64,000 nucleotides of DNA from the NCBI GenBank assembly GCA_037379345.1, contig CM074515.1, forward strand, positions 10,292,001 to 10,356,000, read 5' to 3'. Source of the DNA: Perna viridis. Taxonomy: Eukaryota. Positions within the stretch are counted from its first letter, which is position 1. Every line of letters starts with the position of its first letter. This document shows, piece by piece, positions 42,501 to 54,500 of the stretch. The position numbers were made by a program, and so were the translations under genes. The notes under the pieces were generated by a model. That model saw only the letters and a list, made by a program, of their open reading frames with translations. It was not told the DNA's origin and did not search any database.

Positions 42501-45500
42501 GATTGTAATTGACATCCTTACAAACATTTATGCTATGTTCGGGTATTATCCATCCTACTAGGAGTCTAAGAGAAGAAGATTTTCAAAGATGGAAATGAAA
42601 AATTCTGGAACAAAAATCCATTTCAGGACCAACAACTCATTTATCTGTTCACAGATCTTTCTGAAAATTTCAGCAAATATCAACTCCATTATGCTGAACA
42701 GTTTGATTTCCTGCCATATTTAAGCTAAACCCAATTATTTTTTAGTTATTTGCAAAATTCTGCAATTTGACCATTATGATCTATTTCTAGTAACAGAGGT
42801 CAGGTTTTTTAACTAAATCAAAAATCCCCACACAAAGATTGTTAAAGATGCCTTATGGAACATTCAAGCAAAGTTTGGTTACAATCTGTCCAGTAGTTTC
42901 AGAGGGGAATATCTTTAAAAAAGATTACAGACCATGATGACAGATGACTGAGGCAAAGCGATGACAAAAAGCTCACATATCTATTAGGCCAGGTGAGCTA
43001 AAAAGATATCACAAACTTTAACTTGGCTCCCTTAAACTGGATTATTTCTCCTTCAAAGCATCTAAGAATAATCTTTATCTTTAACGCATATCAGAATATG
43101 AAGCCAAACCTTTATACATGTTTATTTTTTAAAATCTTTGAGTAAGTTAGTTTGATTTAAACTTACATGTTACAAAAAATGGGAGGCATAATCTAAAACC
43201 CTGCAAAGTAACCTTAACTTGGTAACTGACTATAATAAGACAAACTTCAAAGAAAAAGATAATGAAATATCTTAAGACCAACTGACATCTGTGACAATTT
43301 CACAGTCAACTAAAAGGCTAATAGTTACAGTTTTCAGTCAAACCAAAGATGTCAAAGACTTAATACTAAATCATAGAGAACAATAACACAAGGGATTCAT
43401 AAATGTATCATTCTTTAAAAACTTCTATGCAATATTCATAATTCGAGGATTGATTTTAGTGACATAAAAGATACAATGACTGCAGTAGTTGACAAGCATG
43501 ACTGTAGTTCTGTGACAGAAAACATAAAGAGACTGTAGCTATAGGACTGTGACACCATGACATGTATAAGTTACAGAACAAAGAGCAGCTATCCTGAAAG
43601 TAAAAAAAATATATATTAGTATATCCTCCAATTGTTTTTTTTTGTAGGTTGAAAATTGTGTGTTTTTTTTGTTGTAAAATGGGGTGATTTATATTTTGTC
43701 TTAATCCTGGAATATACAGGCTAAAAACCACTAATTCCACTTTCCATAGGCTTCTATGCTAATTTCACAATATTCAATGGCTTCTCTGGACTTTACCTTA
43801 ACTTTAACCTGCAGAGGACTATATATCAGCATGATTCTACATATGTCAGCTCACAACCCTCAGAATGGCATGTGGGGTTAGCAGACTTGCAGTGCAGTAC
43901 TGGTCACCGGAAGTGAAGGGTCTATAAATAGCATGGGAAATCCCAGTGTTTTCACAAGATAGGGGTATATTTAAAAATCATTATGGAGATTAGGCTTCAC
44001 ATCACAAGAAGCAAAATGCACCTATAAAATGTACAGAAATGTTTTTCCTTTCAGAAACTGTTTCAATTTTTTAAATAAGATGAGAACTTTTTTCACAGCA
44101 CTATGAGGAACAGGGGTAATTTCTGCGTAGGACTATTTTTGCGTACGTTCCGAATGCTCATTGGTTGAATTGGTGGTCTGTAACCTAAAGAGTCACTTTT
44201 TGTCTTAGAAAAAATAAATAACTATACAGGTATCTTCCTACACACATACTGAATGCATTTGCAAAGTTTCAGTGAAATGTGACAAGCACTTTTTTAAATA
44301 TTTGATTTTTAAATATAGGGTAACCAAGTTGTGCGAGCAAAAAAGTGACAATATTCTACCATACTTAAATGCATTAAATATTTGCAAAGAACTTTTTCTG
44401 ACTTTTCAAATAAAAAATATCAATCACAACTTGTTTTTTAACAATATTAATGAAGAAATAGTTTTAAAAGTAATCATTTTCTGAGAAATTGGTCTATTTT
44501 TAAAAAATTATTTCTGACATGCCTCCCCCTTTTTCTTGATCACATGTCAAAAATCCTAAATCTTTAAATTTTCACAAAAGGTGATATATTTGGCTTTAAA
44601 TTTGTAAATACAGTGTTTTCACATTAAAACATGACCAGTAAAGGGCACCTAAAGCAAAAAAAGTACTCAATAATGGATTTTCCATGTTGCCATAGGGGAA
44701 TGCTGATATGGCCTTAACCGCAGTAATGAAAGTGAGTTTTTCCTCATTTCTAACCTAATTTTTGCTCAAATCTACACAAAACTTGATTTCAAGTGCTTAT
44801 TACCACCATATTTAGGTAAATATAGCCCTCAAAGTTTAATATTTGATATTTTTACTAACTTTTCTACACTTTTTACAAGATAGGACATAAAAATCAGCCA
44901 AAAAGACCAATTTTCAATAATTTGGACCTATAACTTAAAAAAATGCATATTTTGAAGGATTTTTGTAGTGTATTCCTCTCATGGCAAAGTTAACAAGATC
45001 TTCAAGTAGTTTAAAGCTATTTCAAAAAACTTTTCATTTTGTCATGGCTTCTACTTAAGGCTAAAAACCACTAATTCCACTTTCCATAGGCTTCTATGCT
45101 AATTTCACAATATTCAATGGCTTCTCTGGACTTTACCTTAACTTTAACCTGCAGAGGACTATATATCAGCATGATTCTACATATGTCAGCTCACAACCCT
45201 CAGAATGGCATGTGGGGTTAGCAGACTTGCAGTGCAGTACTGGTCACCGGAAGTGAAGGGTCTATAAATAGCATGGGAAATCCCAGTGTTTTCACAAGAT
45301 AGGGGTATATTTAAAAATCATTATGGAGATTAGGCTTCACATCACAAGAAGCAAAATGCACCTATAAAATGTACAGAAATGTTTTTCCTTTCAGAAACTG
45401 TTTCAATTTTTTAAATAAGATGAGAACTTTTTTCACAGCACTATGAGGAACAGGGGTAATTTCTGCGTAGGACTATTTTTGCGTACGTTCCGAATGCTCA

Positions 45501-48500
45501 TTGGTTGAATTGGTGGTCTGTAACCTACAACAGTCCCAAAACTCATCAGCAAAATTATGATGATTGGTCTGAAACTGATCAATGATCGATGACATAGCAA
45601 ATACAGCTACTTACAGGTAATGTACATGTATATACATGTATAAGCACAAGGAGGAATAACCCTAAATTTGTGGTGATAATAATTCATATGTTTGAATTAA
45701 TTTCCAAATATCCACCAAAATCACCACAAACTTTATGAGAGTTTTTTTTATGTCAAAGGAAAAGTAATGTGTTAAGTACATTTATCATTCCCCATTTTAC
45801 AGTTGGTAATAAGCAAACTCCAGCATGTAATCGATTAGTAAGTGGTTTCACAAGCTCACCTTAAATTTCATAAAGGTAACAACCCATAATTATAAATTGG
45901 GACGAAGAGTATCAAATAATACATTAACTGAAAGATACACAAAAAAATGACATAAGCTGCTATGTTCCTGACTTGGCACAGACACTTTAAAGTGAAATAT
46001 TGTGATAAATCAGGCTTTCTGGAATTGTGCATACAAGTATCAAATGGATAAAACAGTAGTAATCTCAGTATTAGACAAGAGGACTAGAGTAATGAAAAAA
46101 CACATCTATAATTATTTGTACCCAAAGTTATGGGGGGGGGGAGTAATCTAAGTTTATTACTTTTGGAAATGGCCAAGTGCGAGTTGAGACTACACGTGTA
46201 AGACAAGGTCACACATGCTTGTTTTAATTCCTTCTTAACCAATGAAACATCTTTAAGTGGCAGTGTCAAAGACATATTCAATACAAATGCAAGAGAAAAT
46301 TTGATGTCAGTGTATACTTTGTTTCCAGAAATGGTGGCGCTCACTATGAAACAAAATATATATTTTTCACAAAAGAAACAGATACATTTGTTGAAGAGCA
46401 ATGATTAGGGTTATATACACTCCACTCTTAAAAAGACATGAATTTCTCAAACTTGTGAAATGTAACCCAATCTTAAATCTTCACTCATGTAAGAACCTTT
46501 TAGACTTAAAATTTGTTCTGTAAATATAAACAACAATCTGACCTGTGAATTAAGATTTTTCAGTTGGATCCTCAAACCAAACAATTCTGTCGAGGTCAAT
46601 AGTATAGTGTTTAGTGTTTGTACCATCTTTTTAGCAAAATCTAGGTCATCTTCTTCTACAAGTATCTTGGAGAAGGACTGGAAAATATCCTCCGCATTCA
46701 ATAAATGGCACAACTGCCTGAAATAAATACAGATGCAGTTGAGACCAAAACAATCTTCAAAAAGAACCATCAAACAAAAGTGGACTTTATGTTTCTGGTA
46801 ATTAATACATAGCAAAATCATTGCATATTTTTCATAAGATACAGTTTTTCACATAATTGAATTTCTTCAATTGAGATATTGTCAATGCAGTAATTATTAA
46901 ATATTTACTATGTGATTTTTATTATCTACAAAATATAAGGATTTTTATAGTAGACAGGGGTAAATTTTGATTGGCTTTGGTCTGATGCTACCAAATAACA
47001 ACTTTTATTCCATAAACTCTCAATGTTTTACTTTGTTTTAGAAATCTGATGATGATTATCATAAACGATATGTATGGTTGGTGTAGTAAGAAAATGTAGA
47101 GAAAATCCATTCACATATAATAGAGATTTTGGCAATTAAAGCAGAAATTTTCACAAATTTCTAGAATCTAAATGTGAATTGTTTATCTTCAAACAATTAA
47201 AGCTTAAAATGCAGAATGTGATATTGAAGCTGAATGAACTGTATAATTATACCTTATAATAAAGTATTCTCTTTCTTTAGGCTCGGCAGATTGTTGATCC
47301 AGCTTAAACATGTGCAATAAACTAACCATAAACTTAGTAAAATATCTATTTAGTCCATGTTTAGATTGATATTCAACAGTCAATTTAACTCTAGGAACTC
47401 TCTGATCTTTTTTAGCAGCTGTACTCCTTGAATCAACTGAACGTCTTTTATTGTCCTTTTCTTTTTTATCTTTTCTATCGGGAGTTGCCTCCCTTTGTGG
47501 TTTATCTACTTGTTCCTCCTGTAGTGACTGTCCAGCAGGATTAGAAGAAATTTCAGCTAATGCTTCAAGGTCTAATAACACTACCTGTATAAAAGAGAAA
47601 CACAATGTTCATTATCCTATCCTTTAAGTCAAAGAAATTTTCTCTTCAATGTGAATTTACAATTCTTATTGAAAATTTGTCATTTTTGGTCAAAAAGATA
47701 TGTTTCTTAGTTACATCCCCTTGATTATTACAGTGAATCTGTCTTCTTCAGAATTGATGTTGCTTTCATCCTAATATTTTAAACTGCACAAAAACTAGAC
47801 TTCAGATAACTACCATATATCGATTACATTATGTAGAATCACACATAATGGTATAATATTTAATTCTATAAATTCTTCTTTAGGGAAATGTATCAAATGG
47901 CCTGTTCAATAACATTAATATTTCTTTGCGTATCTATGTTTATCTTCTGAAAAGAAAAGAATTTGTCATAATGCAGCTGTATACTTTTATTATTCATATT
48001 CATTGTCATTATTCAAATTTCAGAAAGGATGAAAGGATAACCATATTAGTAAATAAAACAGATTTCTATTCAGTTAATGTCGACATTGATGTTTTAAAAG
48101 TAAGACTGGAGATGAACCAAGTCTTTTTCTGTCTTTTCTTTTGGTCATTCAGCCATGGGAGTACATACATATCAGCCATGGGAATACATACATATCCATT
48201 ATATTGAAATCAATATATAAACTTTCTTTGAGAATATATTCTGAGTTAATGCCATACCTCCTCTGATTCATCAGTCAAGCTGTTTAGTAAGACTTGAAAT
48301 AATACTTCCATATTAAGGAACGTCTACAAAAATAAAAATATAAAAACATGCTAAAAGCCTAAGGATTACTCAAGTCAGGCACACATGTCAAGAAGTCTAC
48401 TTAAATATTCCACCTCCCACTTACTACAGTCAAAGTGCATCAATTCAGATATTGGATTGAAAACTTAGTAATTAGAAGACTACACAGGCAATATGATATG

Positions 48501-51500
48501 ATAATCATATGGTAATCATATGACAATTGTATGATATTTAACATATTATAGTCATATGATTATCATATGATTCTCATATGTTAATTTTGGCTTTAAAACA
48601 TGACTATCATATGTTTGTGAAAACATATGATTATCACATGATAATAATGTGATTATCATATGTAAACTGAAACATATGATTATTATATGGTGTATGGCAA
48701 ACCATACGATTCTCATGTGTTGCACATTTGCATGTGTACCCTGACATAAGATGTTCTATGATAAATAGTCAAATCTGTAACCATCAATCGTTTCCCCATT
48801 TTCTTCCAAAGTTTGTAGTATTGAACACTACATGTAAAAAGCCAATTCCACAAACAAATAAAATTTCCTGATAACTTAAATATTTTCCAAGTTTTCTCTT
48901 ATTAATATTTCAGCAATTCAGGAGTTAAATCCAAACTATTTCTGCATTCGTAGTTGTATAAGTCTGATTTGTACATGTGCTTTGTAGTTCATAAGTTGCA
49001 AAATCCAAATTTCACTACCAAAATCTGGGGTATAAAAATAATTAAAACCACTCCTACCTGAAATAAAATCTTTATAAATCTCAACGCAAGCACCTTAATT
49101 TTTTTCTTTCTAGCATGCACTTACTTTACTTGGTACTTTTTGTAAGAGATGATTAATCCAGTCTAGTGCAGCAATCTTGGACTGAAAATGTCCTTCCTCC
49201 AACATCTGACTTAAAACATTGATCACTTCCTTAACGTCTAACTGCACTGCAACCATGTCACTACTGTCAAAGTATAAAAAAAGCATGCATTTTCAAATTT
49301 GTTTTTTTAACTTGAAGGGAAACTTTTCAATTTTTACAAGTTCTGGACCCAAAACTGATATTAAACAATAATGCTGGTCTATTTTGCAATATTAACTACT
49401 GGACCCAAAGCTGATATTGACCAATAATGCTGGTCTATTTTGCCATATTAACTACTGGACCCAAAGCTGATATTGACCAATAATACTGGCCTATTTTGCC
49501 ATGTTAATTACCGGACCCAAAGCTGATATTGAACAATAATACTGGCCTATTTGGCTTGTTCAGGTGTGTCTTATTACCAGTGAAGTGTTACATTTAACTA
49601 TTGAAGGATTTTACTAGGACATTCACAACAGAAGATAGTTCATGAAACTCATTTTCCACTGTTTGGAAGAAGATTTGGCTTTTACAATTTAAGCTAGTCT
49701 CCTGTTGATTAGAAAGTTCTAAATGTGTACATTTTAATTGACAACATTAAGAAGTGTAAGGTTGATTTGAGTTGCTGAGTATTGTACCGCATAATTGTGG
49801 TAATGAAATTTTGTGTGTGTATAAATGAATGGCTGCTGCACTTACTTTGCCATGCTGACACTGTGCACCTCTTATCTTGTTTTTTTTCTATTTGAATGGA
49901 TTTTGGGCATGGACTTTGTCATTGGTTGACCAAAAGGAGACCTTCTTCTTATCCACAACATTTCTTCAACAACTGAATCGAATTTAATGAAACTTTCATA
50001 AATTCTTTACCAGAGGATGCCATTATGCACCTCTTATTTTGATTTTCCAAATGCATGACTTTTGGGGTTTCCTGTTACAAAACACGGAGTAAGTCATTGC
50101 TTGATAAAAGGGGACAAACTTCTAATCCACAACTCCTCTAAAACAGCTGAATAGAATTTGATGAAACTTCATCAAATTCTTTATCCATTGTGACATTCTA
50201 TATTTTTATTTTTGCACACATGTTTTTTACATTTGATACACAATGAAGTTCAACTCACATTCCTAATAAATATCTTAATGGATAGAATGAAGTACATTTT
50301 GTAATTAAAACAAATAACTATTTCTAAAAGAATAAAAATTCAAAGTGCCGATTTGACAAGGTCCCGATTTTACTTGGTCTAAGTTTCACCAAATGTTAAT
50401 TTTACTTGTTACTATGGTGCTTATTTGATCAGGTCCTGATAAACTTGGTCTTGGTGCCAAATTAACCAAAAGCACAGGTCAGTCTTACAACTAAACCCAA
50501 GTTTTCACATCAAAATGATGTGAGGTCTTATCGGTATCATTTTTTTATACAAACCTTGCCACCAATTAAAATGTCAAACCAATTGTAATTTCTACAGAAA
50601 ATGCATTCCACCTCTTAGCATTCTAATATGTCTCTTTAAAGTCTTATAGTCTACATAGTTCATATTATCACAAAAAAGGGGGCATTATGTAGTTGAAATG
50701 TTTAATATAAAGAAAAAATACCATAACAATGAAAACAGAAATAATGATACAATTGGGAATGGATTCATCAAGGTATTATTTGAATTTGGAATTACTTTGG
50801 ATTTAAGAAAAAAAAGCCCCAAAAAAATCATTTATTAATCTTACCTCTACTAAGGGGGTTAGTCATGACTGAGTCATGCTGTAATGACTATGGGGGTTAT
50901 TAAGTTGTTCATGCCTTTTGTTATCCAACTAACCTTATCTCTTAGCCATGCCATTAGAGTAATCCCCTAAGTAAGAGTTAGTTTTACACATTATTTTCAT
51001 TGTCATTTCCTAAATTCCAAAATGATTCAAAATTTAAATAATACCTTGTTATTCATACATATAGGAAATGAAATTGAACTCAAAATGTTTCTCTCCTGAA
51101 AATATATAAATAGCTTCTGCTGAAATTTTTCTAACTTACATAAGCTTTGCTTTGCTAGCCATGTTTAAGCCTTCACAAATTGCTGATAGAATAATTTTAT
51201 AAAATAATTTTACACACTTGCTGCTTCGGTTTGATGTACTAAAAGGGATAAAATATACTCCTACTTTTGACTGACTTTTGTTACCAAATAAAAGTACTTC
51301 ATTAAGTTTTTTAGCATTTAAATTTGTCCCCTGCAATTTACAATTCATATTAAATTATTGAAATGGAACCTAACTAAATATGCATGTCCTTAAGTACATT
51401 CATAAACTGTAATGTCTCATTCATGAACATATATCACCAGTAAAAAATTCTTATTTTAAATGGAAATTATGGTTAAGTTGGCTCTATTTATTACTCTAGT

Positions 51501-54500
51501 AGGAGAAAATAAAATCAACAATGCTCAAACCTGATTATTAAACTGTAAAATGATGACAGTATATGTCACAAAAAGAAAATGAATTGGTCATATAGCTTAT
51601 GAAAACAAGCTTCTATATAAGTTGTTATAGTTGGGTCTAAGACATTTTGTAAAATATGTACAAATTGTTAGGCAACATTCACTTTGCTTTTACAAGGATG
51701 GCCTATAAAAGTATGTTTTTCTAATCAAATGATTATTTGTATATTGTTAATTGTGAGTCTCTGTAATTTTGGAACTTTGCAGTCAACAGACCAACCTCCA
51801 TGTCACATGACTTTTTGGCAATGTAGTACATGTAATAGTGGTCCTCACATTTGCTTTTAACACAGCTTTCTGGTCATATTACACATCAGATGGATGTAAA
51901 CCCATGTTTCTTATACCATAAACAGCATGTAAAATTTTGATTTTTTTGTTTGCATAGTTTCCCTTTAAGCAACTAAATAATTTAAAAAGTTAGTTAAGTA
52001 TATAATCTTGGTATAGGAAACTTCTTATAATGCTTTATTTTTGTATTTTGTAATGCTTCCTAAATCCAAAACTTTCTGGAATGCCTGGTGGACAGATTTT
52101 GTAGTATCACTTTATATTTCTATGACTACTGAATTTTCATTTAGCAAGGGGCAAAATAAGAAATGTTTTGTTTAATGAGTAAGTAATTTTTAATTAACAG
52201 TATAGTAACATTTCATATTAACAACAACATAAGCTCTTATGAGCTTTTAAAACAACTTATACATAGAATGAATAGACACAAGACATACAAATATTAAAAT
52301 ATAAAAGCATGCAGACATACATAAATTGAATAAGACACACAAAGAAAATAAGCCATAGTCAATAACCAAGTTGAAGCAACATAAAGACTAGGCAAATAAA
52401 AATCATCTAAGAAAAATTGACATTATTTTTCAGAGCACTATCATACTGACCTTGCAGTTTCTATACTTGGAGGAGTTGTCTCCCCTTCATTGACCTGTGA
52501 TTTGTCTTGGTCCTTAGTCTTTGGTTCATACTCCCCAGGACTTGCAACTGTTGGTGTAGGTAAATCATCCTGCTCACATATCAATGTCTTCATTGCTGTG
52601 TTCAGCTTTCTAGCGGATTCTAGTACACTTATTTTAGTTAAGGACAAAAGTCTTTTCCAACAACATCAAAGCAAGGTAATTTATTTTCATTTCACTGTAT
52701 GAAGTATGTGCACTGAGGTAAGAAAATTTATTTATTTTCTAGGAAAAGTAGGGCAAAATATTTATTTTCAACTTTTTCAGGACCAGTCCCTGTTACAATA
52801 CTGTTCATTGAGAAGTTGGCGTCTTACATTTACTTTGGTCACTAAAACAAAATATTTTCAGCATACTGTAAATACAAAAATCACCGCTTGCATTATTATT
52901 GTCATTTTTTTTTTGTAAATATGTAATTTTTATGCTATTGAATATAAATAATTCAGCCACCATTTCACTAAAATTTTGTGATTACATCCTTCTCGCATTT
53001 TTAACAATACAAAAAACATTGCAATAACTTCTGAATTTACAACTTCATAGAGTGTTTCTAGAAAAAGCAGTGGACCCTTACCTTACCAGTGCACCTGGTC
53101 CATGCTCCAAGATTTTAGTGGAGTCAGAGTTGCCCTTTTACTTCTGTTACTTTGTATGTATTATTTTTGTTATTTTATGTTCTTTGTTGTGTTTGTATAT
53201 TTTCCATGTCTGGTCTTTGTCCCTGGATTACATTCTTTTGATTTCTGCTAGAATCTTTCATAAACAACATGTTTAAAAAATTGCTATGGTTACAAGAAAC
53301 ACTCAAAGATATGATACACAGTCATTAACAAAAGGATGATGTTTTCTGTTTAAGTTAATCCTTTCATTGTTATCACTGAGTTTAACACGGTTTTACCAGA
53401 CAAGAAATGACACACTGATACCTTTTATATTTAAAAAGGCCACCAACAAATTGCTGTGCAGTATACACATGAAGTTGCATGCCTTGCTGTGCTAGGTATA
53501 CCTTCACCAAATTAAGGAAGTTGGTAAATGACAGCACCAAAATAGCTTATAATACATGTCCCATGTATATAATGCCACATACCAAATTTGGATGTATGGA
53601 AACAGATGAATGCGTGGACAAGTAGAATCCAATACGTACTATAATTTCATTCCATGTCAGAACCTCAAAAGTGTAATCCTATATGTGTTTGATAAGAGCT
53701 GTATCATAATTTAAAACCCCTGATATTCTACTGTTATACTTTAAAATACTTAAACTATAAGGATACGGTTTGGGTGACTGATTGGTGAGACAAGGTAAAA
53801 CTGCTTTTAAAATTCCTTGAGTATGTGTTAACATTGTGCGACCAGCTTTTGAAACAAATACTGTTAACCATCTCATTGCTGTACACTGGATTATTTCATC
53901 TAAAACAATATGTCAAAGAGTTAATGATGAAAATGTTTTAAAATGGTATCTCCCATTCTAAGCTAGTGATTAAAAATGCATGTGACTTTTTAATCACTGG
54001 GGGGTGATTAAATTTCTGCAAGAGTATTCCTGCCAATTTACATTTCCGAGTTTTCAACAGATTTTGTGGGAGAAACAGATTCTCCTCCAATTCTTTCGAG
54101 AATTACAAGATTTCTCAAATCTCGGTATTTAAATTTGAGGCTTGTGGGTTGAAATCTAAAATATAACTACCAAGAATAGAGAAATCTTGCAATCCCCTCG
54201 AGATTGCTTTTATTTATGATTTATTTACACTGCTAATTTATGTCATAATCATTGGTCAAAATAGCAGATTTTTTTGGAATTTAACAAAGCCAGGAAATAT
54301 ATTACCCATTCCACATGAAATACAAGTGTCAGCGCTATTTCAGACCCATGTAATATTTAGATAGTCAGCAATCTCCTCGAGACTGCAGGAGAATCTATAA
54401 TTCATAATTTCACTAATTTCTAAATTTTTCAAGATATTCTACAACCTTCTATTCCCTTTTCTACTGAAATATTTGGTATTAGTCAATGTTATCAATGTTT

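Larger units (their letters stand above)
43719..45525. mobile_element. Non-autonomous composite-like DNA transposon with long terminal direct repeats (KolobokP-like), 1807 bp
   Basis: Direct repeats at 43719-44185 and 45059-45525 (467 bp, no difference seen by eye). Each starts GG and ends CC, with about 22-bp imperfect TIRs. The 4-bp TSD TACA lies at 43715-43718 and 45526-45529. Inner junctions are CC|TAAA and TTAA|GG. Confidence 0.88.

Noticed and set aside
43719-45525. LTR retrotransposon, TRIM or retrozyme interpretation of the 467-bp direct repeats
   Set aside because: There are no TG..CA ends, PBS, PPT or hammerhead core. The GG..CC TIR-bounded repeats and 4-bp TSD fit a DNA transposon better.
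49343-49551. CRISPR-like array
   Set aside because: The context is eukaryotic, and the units are contiguous with no unique spacers.
50845-50966. Possible extra VAC14 exon with a GTAAGA donor
   Set aside because: Every acceptor tried gives a stop in the required phase 2.
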